64,000 nt of DNA. Origin: an uncultured Ohtaekwangia sp. (GTDB lineage: Bacteria > Bacteroidota > Bacteroidia > Cytophagales > Cyclobacteriaceae). The DNA lies in contig CAYPDF010000004.1 in the NCBI GenBank assembly GCA_964409415.1, forward strand, positions 144,946-208,945. The letters are read 5' to 3'. Below the pieces are notes generated by a model that worked only from the letters and a program-made list of their open reading frames with translations, was not told the origin of the DNA and ran no database searches. Both the position numbers and the translations under genes were made by a program. How positions within the stretch are numbered: position 1 is the first letter of the stretch; every line of letters begins with the position of its first letter. This document shows positions 18,935 through 28,970 of the stretch, piece by piece.

Positions 18935-20164
18935 TTAAGGTAAAGCTATCAGAGTAGGCTGCTTGATTATTGTTTTAAAATATTTGTCGTAAGTATTAAA
19001 GAAAGCAGGGATAGCATGATCTGAGAAATCACCCGGTCCATTGGCCAGTACACAAATGGCTATTTTTTTTTTTGGGTGAACTGCAATTTCGCTTCTGTAG
19101 CCATTTACATAACCGCCATGATAGGCTAGTGTATCATTTTTGAAAGTGAGCACACGCCACCCCAGGCCATAAAAGGATTTTTTAACCCTGTTCCATTTGT
19201 TAAAATTTCTGTTTTTTGCTGTTGCCCTAACTTCGGGAGTAAAAAGTTGGTCAATTGTTTTTTGCGTAATTACATTTTCTCTGTTTCCTAATAGAGCTAC
19301 CATCAGTTTGGCCATGTCTGTAATGCTCGCATTGATACCGCCAGCAGGGGCGGTGTTGTAATAGGTTGGTGAGATGGGGATCGTTTTCCACTGGTGTCCC
19401 CTCATTAGATGCGGTTGAGCGAAATTGGGACTGGCAAGTAGTTCTTCGTAGCTCACTGAAGCGTTTGCCATGTGAAGTGGGCCAAAAAGCCGAGTCTTTA
19501 TTTCATTTTCGAATGAATGTCCTGTAGCTGATTTGACCATGTCTGCTACGAGACTGTAGGCTACATTTTGATAACTGTATATCTTTCCAGGTTCTCCAAT
19601 TAAGTCCACATTTTTTAATTCCGCAATCAGTTCGTCATGGGGCGTATCTTCCTCAATAAGGTTGGTATAGGTATGATAAGGCAGTCCGGTAGTATGAGAC
19701 AAAACATGTCGGATGGTAAGCGCTTTGGTGTACGTTGGAGATTTTAGTTCGAAGTGGGGAAGATATTTAACAATAGGATCATCCCACTTCAAAATGCCGT
19801 CTTCAACCATTGTTCCCAGTAACACAGAAGTAACTGATTTTGATACCGATGCAAGTCTGAAGACCGTATGTACATCTACTGGTTCCTGTGTGTCTACATT
19901 TTTTACCCCGAATCCTTTCAAATAGATAATGGTTGAGTCATAAATTATGGCAATGGCAGCCCCAGGAGTGCTCGTAAGTTTTAATGACTCATTGATATAA
20001 TCTTCATAGTCATCTAGTAATTCAACAAATGGTGTGGGAAGCGATGTTTCCTTTGTTTCTTTTTTGGCTACTGATTTTTTTGATGGCTTTTCTGGGGTTG
20101 TATAAAAAACAAAGCCAACTAGTGTGGTAATGGTGATGGTAACGAGTAGTAGAATTCTTTTCAT
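18935..20164 (-). CDS. Serine hydrolase (beta-lactamase class C-like / peptidase S12)
   Basis: FRLASVSK (SxxK), YSYQN (YxN), HGGYVNG. Confidence 0.88.
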   Translation of the reverse strand: MKRILLLVTITITTLVGFVFYTTPEKPSKKSVAKKETKETSLPTPFVELLDDYEDYINESLKLTSTPGAAIAIIYDSTIIYLKGFGVKNVDTQEPVDVHTVFRLASVSKSVTSVLLGTMVEDGILKWDDPIVKYLPHFELKSPTYTKALTIRHVLSHTTGLPYHTYTNLIEEDTPHDELIAELKNVDLIGEPGKIYSYQNVAYSLVADMVKSATGHSFENEIKTRLFGPLHMANASVSYEELLASPNFAQPHLMRGHQWKTIPISPTYYNTAPAGGINASITDMAKLMVALLGNRENVITQKTIDQLFTPEVRATAKNRNFNKWNRVKKSFYGLGWRVLTFKNDTLAYHGGYVNGYRSEIAVHPKKKIAICVLANGPGDFSDHAIPAFFNTYDKYFKTIIKQPTLIALP

Positions 20165-20170
20165 TATTAA

Positions 20171-20869
20171 CTAAATCATTCCCTCATCTGCAAAGCTAAA
20201 GTATTTTTGACCGGCAATGATGAGATGGTCTAACAATTGTACTTCCATCACCTTGCCCGCTTCTTTCAATTTTTTGGTGAGATTAATATCGTTTTGACTC
20301 GCAGTGAGGTTTCCAGAAGGATGATTATGAACAACAATAATTCCACTGGCCAATTCTTCCAGCGCCAACTTGAATATTATTTTTGGATCTGCTACAGTAC
20401 CGGAAACTCCCCCTTCACTCACTCTCTTTTTTTTAATGAGGCGGTTGGCCCGATTAAATAACAACACCCAAAATTCTTCTTGTGCAAGATCCATCAAATC
20501 ACCTTTTACAAGCTCGTAGGCTTCTTTAGAGCTTGCCACCTTTGGTCGCTCTTGCACCTCATACTCTTTTCTTCTGCGCCCTAGTTCCATGGCGGCTACA
20601 ATGGTTATCGCTTTTGCCTCTCCAATTCCCTTGCTTTTCATAAGATCTTTAACGGAGAGCTTAGCCAGATCGTGCAAATTATTTCCTACAGTCTGTAATA
20701 CTTGCCGCGCCACCTCAACAGCGCTCAATGATCCCGTTCCGGAGCCAATGAGTAGTGCGATTAATTCTGCATCAGAAAGAGCTGATTTACCCTTTAAAAG
20801 CATTTTTTCGCGCGGTCGGTCTTCGGCAGCCCAGCTTTTAATTCCCAAATGTTTTGGCTTTGACTTCAT
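20171..20869 (-). CDS. radC: RadC family JAB-domain protein
   Basis: DRPREK, LSDAELIA, GIGEAKA, HNHPSG, LLDHLII. Confidence 0.95.
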   Translation of the reverse strand: MKSKPKHLGIKSWAAEDRPREKMLLKGKSALSDAELIALLIGSGTGSLSAVEVARQVLQTVGNNLHDLAKLSVKDLMKSKGIGEAKAITIVAAMELGRRRKEYEVQERPKVASSKEAYELVKGDLMDLAQEEFWVLLFNRANRLIKKKRVSEGGVSGTVADPKIIFKLALEELASGIIVVHNHPSGNLTASQNDINLTKKLKEAGKVMEVQLLDHLIIAGQKYFSFADEGMI

Positions 20870-20882
20870 GTTATTGAGAATG

Positions 20883-21105
20883 AGTCATTTAACTTTTTTG
20901 CACAAAGTACTGACGATTTGAAAATGAAATACTTGCAGCTGCATTATTGAAGTAAGTTTTCCTTTCATTTTGAATGTCAGGTCAATGACGCTTCGGTCAT
21001 GATCCTGATCCTAACATCAGGAGTTAATCCTGGCATTCCTGGCGGTTTCGACAGGAATCGTCATCCGAAGGACAAAATTGTCATTCCTAATGACAATTTT
21101 GGGAT
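20883..21105 (-). repeat. Structured non-coding element, copy B (with ~40 nt insertion of two extra hairpins)
   Basis: Reverse complement aligns with 8535-8721; ends ~13 nt before the radC ATG. Confidence 0.8.
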
Positions 21106-21137
21106 TAAAAGTCAAATATTTGGATTTTTGGGGCAAT

Positions 21138-21182
21138 AAAAAACCCTCCCTCATTATCGGTAAGTCCGAAACAAGGAAGGGA
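21138..21182 (-). terminator. Probable intrinsic terminator of rpsT
   Basis: Minus strand CCCTTCCT...AGGGAGGG followed by TTTTTT. Confidence 0.6.
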
Positions 21183-21205
21183 AAAGTATTTTTAAAACCT
21201 CCTGA

Positions 21206-21460
21206 TTATGCGAGGCTATTCACGTGTTTAGTCAATCTCGACTTCTGGTTAGCAGCTTTTTTCCAATGAATGATATTTTTCTTGGCCAGCTTGTCGATAA
21301 GAGAAGAAACCTCTTTTAGAAGCGCTTCGGCTTCTGCTTTAGTAGTTGTAGCCACTAATTTCTTGGTGGCAGTACGGGTGGTTTTGTGCTGATAACGATT
21401 GCGTAAGCGCTTTTTCTCGTTAGCCCTGATCCTTTTCTCTGCTGATTTGTGGTTTGCCAT
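21206..21460 (-). CDS. rpsT: 30S ribosomal protein S20
   Basis: MANHKSAEKRIR...KNIIHWKKAANQKSRL. Confidence 0.97.
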   Translation of the reverse strand: MANHKSAEKRIRANEKKRLRNRYQHKTTRTATKKLVATTTKAEAEALLKEVSSLIDKLAKKNIIHWKKAANQKSRLTKHVNSLA

Positions 21461-21483
21461 AAGTCTTTTTTACAAACGGACTG

Positions 21484-21491
21484 CAAATGTA
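21484..21491 (-). promoter_or_regulatory. -7 promoter box for rpsT
   Basis: Minus strand TACATTTG, 23 nt upstream of the ATG. Confidence 0.65.
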
Positions 21492-21526
21492 AGATCATTC
21501 AGCATAATTACAAAACATGGTTTGCT

Positions 21527-23134
21527 TCATTTCTTACTGATTTCACCTTCAAACAGGAGCCAGGTTTGGGGGTCTAAAATTAGTTTCTGGGGGCTCTTTT
21601 CAGCATTAAAACTAAATTTTGTCTCTTTTCCAGCCAACTGAAGGGTTTGGATATCCATTGACCCATCATCTTCTTTTACACCGATTTCCAGGGGTGCGGA
21701 AAATTTTGTCTCCTGTGTCTGTCTCACAACTAGTTCTACCTGCTTCCTCTTGGGGTTATAATGCCAGGTTGCAGAAAGCACTGGATGGCCACTTTTCCTC
21801 AACCATTGTTCAAAAAATTGTTTCAGATCCTTTCCTGAAACTTTCTCCATGATATGCCTGAAATCAGAGGTCAGGGCATTAGAGTTTTGATAGGTTTGGT
21901 AGTATTCCCTGATTCCTTTCCAGAATATTTCATCCCCAACTTCTTTTCTCAGCAGATGCAACACCCAGCTTCCTTTTTGATAAGAATTGGTATTTAGCAC
22001 TCTACTAATATTTAATAATGTGGTGTCTATTACCGGAGCGGGACTTTTTTTATAATAGCGAATTACTTCTGCCCGTTGATTTGCCATTCGACTGGCCAAT
22101 TCCTCTTGACCGTAGGTTGCTTCATAGTATAAATTGGTAAAGTAGGTAGCAAAGCCCTCACTCAGCCACACGTGGTGCCAGTCCATTTCAGAGGCCGAAT
22201 CGCCAAACCATTGGTGTGCAACTTCATGCGCAATCAGACCCTCGCTTTCATTTTTGCCCGTCACTGAATTTTCATAATAGAAAATATTACTGGCATTCTC
22301 CATTCCGCCAAATCGGGTAGTAGATTGTACATTGGCGAGCTTTTTATAGGGATAAGCACCTACATGATTGATGAAATAGTCAAGCACTTGGGTAGCAATT
22401 TTATAATCTGCAAAACCTGCCTCTTTATTTTGGGGATATACCCAGGTTTCTACGGGGATATTTTTTACTACTCCTGTGGTGGTGGCAAATCTGGCTACGC
22501 CAATAACCATCACTTTAGTAGGAATATCTGCCGTTTCTTTCCAATGAGTGAGCGTTCTGTTATTGGGTAAATTGGTTTTTTCAATAAGAACTCCGTTGGC
22601 AATTGCCTGATAATGCGAGGGGGCAATTACAATAAATTCGCAACTGGCTTTGTCATAAGGATGGTCAATAGTAGGAAGCCAATAGTGAGCGCGATTGGGC
22701 CAATTGTCACCGAAGAAGGTGCGGTCGCCAAATTTGTTGGTGCCGATTACCAGTCCATCGGATGGAATCCCGGCATAATTAATGGATAGGGTAATTTCTT
22801 CATTTGCTTGGGCCGGACGTTTAAGGGTGATAGAAAGCCTGTCGTTCTTTTGACTGAATTGTAATGGATTTTTCCCTTTTGTAACAGAACTGACTGTCAT
22901 TCCATTTCCATCTGAAGATTTTCCTATTAAATCTAATTCAAAACCGGACACGGAATTCTTGAAAAATAGGGTAACTTCGGTGACACCTGCTATTGTGTTG
23001 GTGGTGTCATTCAGGTCTATCTCAAACCGATAATGTTGAATATCAATATTCGGATTCCTTGGATAAGGATCTGAGGCAAAGATTGGGATGGCATAGAGCA
23101 GACAGAATGTAAGCGCAGACGTAATTTTCAGCAT
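21527..23134 (-). CDS. M1 family zinc aminopeptidase, secreted
   Basis: GGMEN exopeptidase motif, HEVAHQWFG..WLSEGFA (HExxH..E), YQKGSWVL; signal peptide from ATG 23134. Confidence 0.9.
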   Translation of the reverse strand: MLKITSALTFCLLYAIPIFASDPYPRNPNIDIQHYRFEIDLNDTTNTIAGVTEVTLFFKNSVSGFELDLIGKSSDGNGMTVSSVTKGKNPLQFSQKNDRLSITLKRPAQANEEITLSINYAGIPSDGLVIGTNKFGDRTFFGDNWPNRAHYWLPTIDHPYDKASCEFIVIAPSHYQAIANGVLIEKTNLPNNRTLTHWKETADIPTKVMVIGVARFATTTGVVKNIPVETWVYPQNKEAGFADYKIATQVLDYFINHVGAYPYKKLANVQSTTRFGGMENASNIFYYENSVTGKNESEGLIAHEVAHQWFGDSASEMDWHHVWLSEGFATYFTNLYYEATYGQEELASRMANQRAEVIRYYKKSPAPVIDTTLLNISRVLNTNSYQKGSWVLHLLRKEVGDEIFWKGIREYYQTYQNSNALTSDFRHIMEKVSGKDLKQFFEQWLRKSGHPVLSATWHYNPKRKQVELVVRQTQETKFSAPLEIGVKEDDGSMDIQTLQLAGKETKFSFNAEKSPQKLILDPQTWLLFEGEISKK

Positions 23135-23163
23135 GTATCTAAATTTTCTGAAAGATAAATACA

Positions 23164-24141
23164 GTGTTCCGGATACGTAAATTATTACCGCTTTGTTTGA
23201 CCATACCGTGCCTCGGATTTGTATGGGGTTTTTTTGCACATAAAAAAATCAATCGCTTAGCGGTATTTACCCTTCCTCCGGAAATGATAGGATTTTATAA
23301 GAAGAACATTGAGTTTCTTACAGAAGAATCCGTGTCTCCGGACAGAAGAAGATATGCTGTAAAAGATGAAGCCCCACGTCATTATATTGATCTTGATGAA
23401 TATGGCGATAGTGCTGCTCTTAAGTTACCGAGAACATGGCAAAAGGCAGTTGAGCAATATGGAGAGGATTCCTTGATGGAAAAGGGTATTGTTCCCTGGC
23501 AAATCATGCGGGCGTATAATCAATTGAAAAATGCTATGCTACTCTATGATCCCCAAAAAATATTAAGAAGTTCTGCAGAACTTGGTCATTACGTTGCAGA
23601 TGCCAATGTGCCTCTGCACACAACAAGTAACTATGACGGGCAACTTACCGGTCAGGTGGGCCTGCATGGATTTTGGGAGTCGAGGCTTCCCGAATTATTC
23701 TTCACAGAATATGATTTTTTTGTGGGCAAGGCCACCTATATCGATAATGTTCAGGATTATGCGTGGGAGGCAGTGGCCAAGGCTCATCTTGCCGTGGACT
23801 CAGTCCTAAATCTTGAAATGAGACTCGAGGAAAGAATGGGGAATAAGAAATACAGTTTTGAGACCAGGGGGAAACAAACTGTAAAAGTGGTGTCTTACCC
23901 GTATGCCAAAGCATATCACCTGGCCCTTAGCGGGATGGTAGAGCGGCAAATGAGGGCCAGTGTAAAAATGACTGGGGACTTATGGTACAGTGCATGGGTA
24001 GATGCAGGCCAACCTGACTTAAAAAAGCTAATTGAATACAAGCCTTCCCCGCAAGAGTTGGAAGCTCGAAAAAGGGAATTGGAACTATGGAAGGAACAAC
24101 GCTACCCTGCCAGAAAGCATGAAGAAGACGGCAACAATTAA
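23164..24141 (+). CDS. S1/P1 nuclease / zinc-dependent phospholipase C family protein
   Basis: Mature N-terminal WGFFAH, HYIDLD, GHYVADANVPLHT, GLHGFWES. Confidence 0.85.
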   Translation: MFRIRKLLPLCLTIPCLGFVWGFFAHKKINRLAVFTLPPEMIGFYKKNIEFLTEESVSPDRRRYAVKDEAPRHYIDLDEYGDSAALKLPRTWQKAVEQYGEDSLMEKGIVPWQIMRAYNQLKNAMLLYDPQKILRSSAELGHYVADANVPLHTTSNYDGQLTGQVGLHGFWESRLPELFFTEYDFFVGKATYIDNVQDYAWEAVAKAHLAVDSVLNLEMRLEERMGNKKYSFETRGKQTVKVVSYPYAKAYHLALSGMVERQMRASVKMTGDLWYSAWVDAGQPDLKKLIEYKPSPQELEARKRELELWKEQRYPARKHEEDGNN

Positions 24142-24319
24142 TTTATTTATAATATTTCTCTCAGTTATTATTTTGAGGTTTCTGCCATATGCTAAACAGC
24201 TTAGATCATAAAATAACCATCCAGAACTTACTTTCTTAGTTTCATCATTCGCACAATTGATAAATAGAAATTATTTGGGTTAATTTAGATTAAATCGTCA
24301 CCAAATTAGAATTAGTTAC

Positions 24320-24514
24320 ATGCAATTTATTCTCACTCATTGGATTTCGATTACTGTAGTCGTTGCTATTGTGGGTGGATTAGTGTTATGGATTACCAGC
24401 GCCAGAACAAGTCGAAAAGAAACCTATCCACTACCAAAAAGACAAGTAAAAAACAGATTTAGTACGAAGAAAGGAGGCCCCCCACTTCTCATTCGATTGC
24501 CAAAATTGGGCTAG
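24320..24514 (+). CDS. Small single-pass membrane hypothetical protein
   Basis: 64 aa; N-terminal hydrophobic helix and basic tail; alone in an intergenic gap. Confidence 0.45.
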   Translation: MQFILTHWISITVVVAIVGGLVLWITSARTSRKETYPLPKRQVKNRFSTKKGGPPLLIRLPKLG

Positions 24515-24774
24515 CTTCCTATGTTTTCTGTTTATTTATACAAGCTTTAGCTACTTCTCCTTGTGAAATTGGGGGGCTGGCAAGTTTTCTTACATTTCAT
24601 TATCAGATATAAAAAGAGGCTTGGGTTGCGTTTTGCAACAATTTCTTAGCTGAACCTTAACTATCAGGGAGACATTTATTGGAATCTAGGCGGTTAGGGC
24701 TAAAATAATAGCCTTGCAAAAGGTTGTATCTTTTATAAAAAACGCCAAAATTAGGAAACCTAACCCCGCTGATT

Positions 24775-25230
24775 ATGAGCTTATTGAACAACCCTAACAG
24801 AATTCCTGAAAGTTACGGACTTAGAATTGCGGCTGGTCTCATCGGTTTTTTTCTTATTATGAAACTGGTTGGACTCAGCCATATCGTGGAGTTACGCCTT
24901 CTCAACCTATTTATTCTTACAGGCGGAGTTTATGTTGCCCTTAAAAGATTTAAACAGACACATGCCGAAAGATTAAATTACTTCAGAGGTCTTATAACCG
25001 GAATTTCAACCGCAGCTATAGGTTCTTTGGTTTTTGCGCTTTTCTTATTTATCTACATGAAACTGGATACCAGCATGATGCAGTCGATCATTGAGAATGA
25101 ATCTATGGGCAGGTATATGAATCCCTATATCGCAGCATTTATTGTAGCATTTGAAGGTGTTTTCTCAGGCTTCCTAATCACTTTTATCCTTATGAACTAC
25201 GTAGATTCTGACCAAGTGAATCAATCATAA
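24775..25230 (+). CDS. DUF4199-like membrane protein
   Basis: Four TM helices; ELRLLN and YFRGLITG pattern. Confidence 0.7.
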   Translation: MSLLNNPNRIPESYGLRIAAGLIGFFLIMKLVGLSHIVELRLLNLFILTGGVYVALKRFKQTHAERLNYFRGLITGISTAAIGSLVFALFLFIYMKLDTSMMQSIIENESMGRYMNPYIAAFIVAFEGVFSGFLITFILMNYVDSDQVNQS

Positions 25231-25298
25231 CAGTCAAATGGTTGGACATTTTGGCTTTTATTAAGTGAGTTGCCTCTGCAGTGGACTGTTTCATACCG

Positions 25299-25306
25299 TA
25301 TATTTG
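25299..25306 (+). promoter_or_regulatory. -7 promoter box for the GT2-ECF sigma operon
   Basis: TATATTTG, 24 nt upstream of the TTG start. Confidence 0.55.
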
Positions 25307-25330
25307 AGCCCTTTAAAAATATAGGGGCAC

Positions 25331-26434
25331 TTGCACTTTCTTGAACTGATCTTTCTGGCTTTTTCTGGGATACAGGTTTTGTATCTGGCCGTATATCTAA
25401 GGGTATTTGTAAAACAAAGGAGTGATAAAAAGAAACTGTTCGTTCCTGTGTCGGTGGTCGTTTGCGCACATGATGAAGAACAAAACCTACGTGAATTGAT
25501 TCCCGTTTTACTTCAACAAGACTATCATGATTTTGAAATCATTGTGGTGGAAGATAGAAGCAACGATGAGAGTTTTGATTACCTGCATGAAGTATCAACC
25601 CAGTATAATAGGGTTCGGCTGGTATCCGTAAAGAACAAACCCGAACATGTTAATGGCAAGAAATTTGCGCTTACACTGGGTATTAAGGCTGCTAAAAATG
25701 ATTGGATTTTGCTTACGGATGCAGATTGTTATCCACGGAGCACCCAATGGATTAAAGAAATGAGCGGACGGTTTTCAGAGGAAACAGATATTGTTCTTGG
25801 TTATTCACCGTACATCAGATCTTCTGGTTTTCTTAATTCATTTATCCGGTACGAGGGTTTGACTGCTGCTATTCACTATATGGGAATGGCAATGTTGGGT
25901 AAACCGTATATGGGTGTGGGAAGAAATCTTGCCTATAGAAAAAATGTTTTCTTAAACAATAAGGGATTTAGGTCTCATTTGTCATTAACGGGTGGGGATG
26001 ATGATTTGTTTATTAATGAAGTGAGCAACAGCAACAATACGAAACAATGCATGGGGGCAGACTCCATTGTTTACTCCAAACCAAAGACCACCTGGAGTGA
26101 TTATTACTATCAGAAACTAAGGCATTTGTCTGTGGGCAAACATTATAAAATGGCTGACAAATGGAGATTAGGCATATTTAATTTTACATTGATTGGTTTT
26201 TGGTTGTTGATCATTCCAGTGTTATTGAATTCGTCAATGATTTATGTTCCGTTGGGCGCAATTTTACTACGCTTGATATTGCTTGTTGTATTGACTTCCA
26301 CTGCCTCGCGCAAGTTGGGTGATGCGTTTGAAGCATGGAAAGCACCCTTTTTAGATTTTATTTTTAGCATTTATTATCTTGTAATCGGCCTTGTGGCGTT
26401 ACGCACTAATAAAATTAGATGGAAGAAGACCTGA
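25331..26434 (+). CDS. Glycosyltransferase family 2, membrane-bound (PgaC/CESA-like fold)
   Basis: VSVVVCAHDEE, EDRSND, GKKFAL, LTDADC, GGDDDL, QKLRH. Confidence 0.88.
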   Translation: MHFLELIFLAFSGIQVLYLAVYLRVFVKQRSDKKKLFVPVSVVVCAHDEEQNLRELIPVLLQQDYHDFEIIVVEDRSNDESFDYLHEVSTQYNRVRLVSVKNKPEHVNGKKFALTLGIKAAKNDWILLTDADCYPRSTQWIKEMSGRFSEETDIVLGYSPYIRSSGFLNSFIRYEGLTAAIHYMGMAMLGKPYMGVGRNLAYRKNVFLNNKGFRSHLSLTGGDDDLFINEVSNSNNTKQCMGADSIVYSKPKTTWSDYYYQKLRHLSVGKHYKMADKWRLGIFNFTLIGFWLLIIPVLLNSSMIYVPLGAILLRLILLVVLTSTASRKLGDAFEAWKAPFLDFIFSIYYLVIGLVALRTNKIRWKKT

Positions 26435-27030
26435 ATAGCAGATTTTCAAAAAAAGCGCTGGAGGATTTTAAGCTGATTGACATGGCTGTGGATGGTGATG
26501 AGCAGGCGTATGCAAAACTTTTAACCAGATACAAACGGCCTGTATATCACATGATTTTGAAAATGGTACGGAATGTGGATGATACAGAAGACCTCACCAT
26601 TGAATCATTTGCAAAGGCATTTAAAAGCCTTCATCGATTTAAAAAGGATTTTACCTTTAGTACATGGTTATTCAGAATTGCCACGAACAATACCATTGAT
26701 TTTATAAGGAAAAAAAGGATAAACACCCTGAGCATCAGCAATACTTACACAGACGATGACGGCCAGTCGGTTTCAATCGAGGTAGAAGACAGTGGTCGCA
26801 ACCCACAGGAGGAGGCCATAAAAGGACAAAAGGAAGAATTGATTCAACTATTTGTTAATATGTTGCCACCAAAATATCAAAAGCTGGTAAGATTAAGGTA
26901 TTATAATGAGCTCTCCTATGAGGAGATCGCTAAGGAATTGGAAGCTCCCTTGGGTACAGTGAAAGCCCAGTTACATCGCGCACGTGAGCTGATGTACGAC
27001 CTGATAAAAAATAAAAAGGAGCACATTTAG
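26419..27030 (+). CDS. ECF-type sigma-70 factor
   Basis: Region 2 FSTWLFRIATNNTID; region 4 LSYEEIAKEL..PLGTVKAQLHRAR. Confidence 0.92.
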   Translation: MEEDLNSRFSKKALEDFKLIDMAVDGDEQAYAKLLTRYKRPVYHMILKMVRNVDDTEDLTIESFAKAFKSLHRFKKDFTFSTWLFRIATNNTIDFIRKKRINTLSISNTYTDDDGQSVSIEVEDSGRNPQEEAIKGQKEELIQLFVNMLPPKYQKLVRLRYYNELSYEEIAKELEAPLGTVKAQLHRARELMYDLIKNKKEHI

Positions 27031-27125
27031 CTATTCTGCTTTATATTGATTTCGTCATTCAATGCCCGTATTATGGAATGGAGGGGTTTGTTTAAAAAAT
27101 TTAAAAAGCCGACTGCTAATTTTTC

Positions 27126-28235
27126 CTATATCACTTTTGCGACTATTTGATCAACAGCTTCTCTTGCACTTTCAAATTGTGAATGATAGTTGTTGTTCAG
27201 TATGATCAAGGTCTTGCCGACATCCAAATAGCGTACTATTATGGTTTTATAACCTGGATTGTCTCCATTGTGCCAAACCACTTTGCCTGCGGGTGATTCA
27301 GGAATAATTTCCCACCCAAAGCCATAGTTGGATTTCGAGCCGTCATTAAGTGTGGCTGGCGTAAATGCTTCAGCAAGTATTTTCTGTGATACCAGTTGAT
27401 TGGTATACAATGCTTTATCCCACTTTAAGAGGTCCATTGCAGTTGAACTTACGCGGCCCGGTCCTTTTCTGCCTCCTAACCAAATCGTATAGTTTGAAGA
27501 TGGGAATGAATCAGCTCTAATAAACCTATTTTTTTCGTCTGAATAAATGTGCCCATAGGCAAGATTAGAAAGTTCATTTTTTTGATCATTACTTCGTATG
27601 GCTGTAGAGGTCATTTGCAGAGGCTCAAATATTCTTTCTCTACAAAACTCAACAAAGTCCTTGCCTGATACGGCTTCAGTTATACTCGCCAAAAATACAT
27701 AGCCTGTATTGCTGTATTCATATTTTTCACCGGGTTCAAACTTTTTTGATGGATTGTACTTTTTTAAATATTCAAAAATGTCCGGATTGCCGGCTACTTT
27801 ACTTTTATCCCAATGTTCATCCATCACTGCCTGATAGTCGGGTAACCCCGAGGTGTGTGTGAGTAATTGGCGAATGGTAATGCCTTGATAGGGCAAGCCG
27901 GGTAGGTATTTTTCTATGGGATCATCATAGTTTATTTTTCCTTCTTGTTTCAGCATCATGATGGTCATGGCCGTAAATTGCTTGGAGACAGAGGCCAGTT
28001 CAAAAATGTCGGTAAGTTCGATAGGCACGTTGGTTTCGTAACTCCTTACACCAAAAGCTTTGTGGTATATGGGCTCACCGTTATTGGCAAAAAGCACAAC
28101 GCCACTAAAATTGGGTATGGCGCTAAACACCGAATCTATTTTTGTGGCCAGGGGATCTGCTTCTGATTTTTGTTCTTTTTTTGTTTGGCACCCGATAAGG
28201 AGTGCAAGCACAATTAGAAATGATAGTTTTGTCAT
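27126..28235 (-). CDS. Serine hydrolase (beta-lactamase class C-like), lipoprotein
   Basis: Lipobox LIGC; FELASVSKQF, LLTHTSG, YEYSNTGY, HNGDNPG. Confidence 0.88.
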   Translation of the reverse strand: MTKLSFLIVLALLIGCQTKKEQKSEADPLATKIDSVFSAIPNFSGVVLFANNGEPIYHKAFGVRSYETNVPIELTDIFELASVSKQFTAMTIMMLKQEGKINYDDPIEKYLPGLPYQGITIRQLLTHTSGLPDYQAVMDEHWDKSKVAGNPDIFEYLKKYNPSKKFEPGEKYEYSNTGYVFLASITEAVSGKDFVEFCRERIFEPLQMTSTAIRSNDQKNELSNLAYGHIYSDEKNRFIRADSFPSSNYTIWLGGRKGPGRVSSTAMDLLKWDKALYTNQLVSQKILAEAFTPATLNDGSKSNYGFGWEIIPESPAGKVVWHNGDNPGYKTIIVRYLDVGKTLIILNNNYHSQFESAREAVDQIVAKVI

Positions 28236-28312
28236 GGGTTCACGCTATTTTTGACGATAGAAATTATGTAATAGACAATTCTGTTGCATAATTTGGGTTA
28301 AATCGAATCGAA

Positions 28313-28948
28313 TTGCAAGACACGTCTTTGTTATTAAAATACTTTCCTGAGCTAACGACATCTCAGATCCATCAATTTGAAAGGCTTGGCCCCCTCTACA
28401 GGGAGTGGAATGAAAAAATCAATGTAGTGTCGCGTAAAGACATGGACAATTTATACACCAATCATATATTACATTCACTCGGTATTGCAAAAGTAATTTC
28501 TTTCAAGCCTTTGGCTAATATATTGGATGTAGGAACAGGTGGGGGTTTTCCGGGCATTCCACTGGCCATATTATTTCCAGAAACAAAATTTCATCTGGTG
28601 GATTCAATTGGGAAAAAAATCACCGTGGTAAATGAAGTTTCAAAAGCATTGGATCTCAAAAATATAGTAGGCGAAAAAATAAGGGCAGAAGAAATAAAAA
28701 ATAAGAAGTATGATTTTGTGTTGAGTAGAGCAGTCACCCGCATAAAGGAGTTTTATGGTTGGGTTAGCAACAAGATCAGCAAAGACTCACTCCATGATAT
28801 GGACAACGGAATTTTATATTTAAAGGGTGGTGATCTTGAAGAGGAGATGAACGAGTTAAAAAGACCCTACCAATTATTTTCTCTAACGGATTTCTTTGAC
28901 GAAGATTTTTTTGAAACAAAAAAAGTGGTGTATGTGCCGATCCATTAA
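28313..28948 (+). CDS. rsmG: 16S rRNA m7G527 methyltransferase
   Basis: WNEKINVVSR, HILHSL, LDVGTGGGFPGIPLAI, SRAV, YLKGG. Confidence 0.95.
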   Translation: MQDTSLLLKYFPELTTSQIHQFERLGPLYREWNEKINVVSRKDMDNLYTNHILHSLGIAKVISFKPLANILDVGTGGGFPGIPLAILFPETKFHLVDSIGKKITVVNEVSKALDLKNIVGEKIRAEEIKNKKYDFVLSRAVTRIKEFYGWVSNKISKDSLHDMDNGILYLKGGDLEEEMNELKRPYQLFSLTDFFDEDFFETKKVVYVPIH

Positions 28949-28970
28949 TAGGACAAGTCCTATTGAAAAC

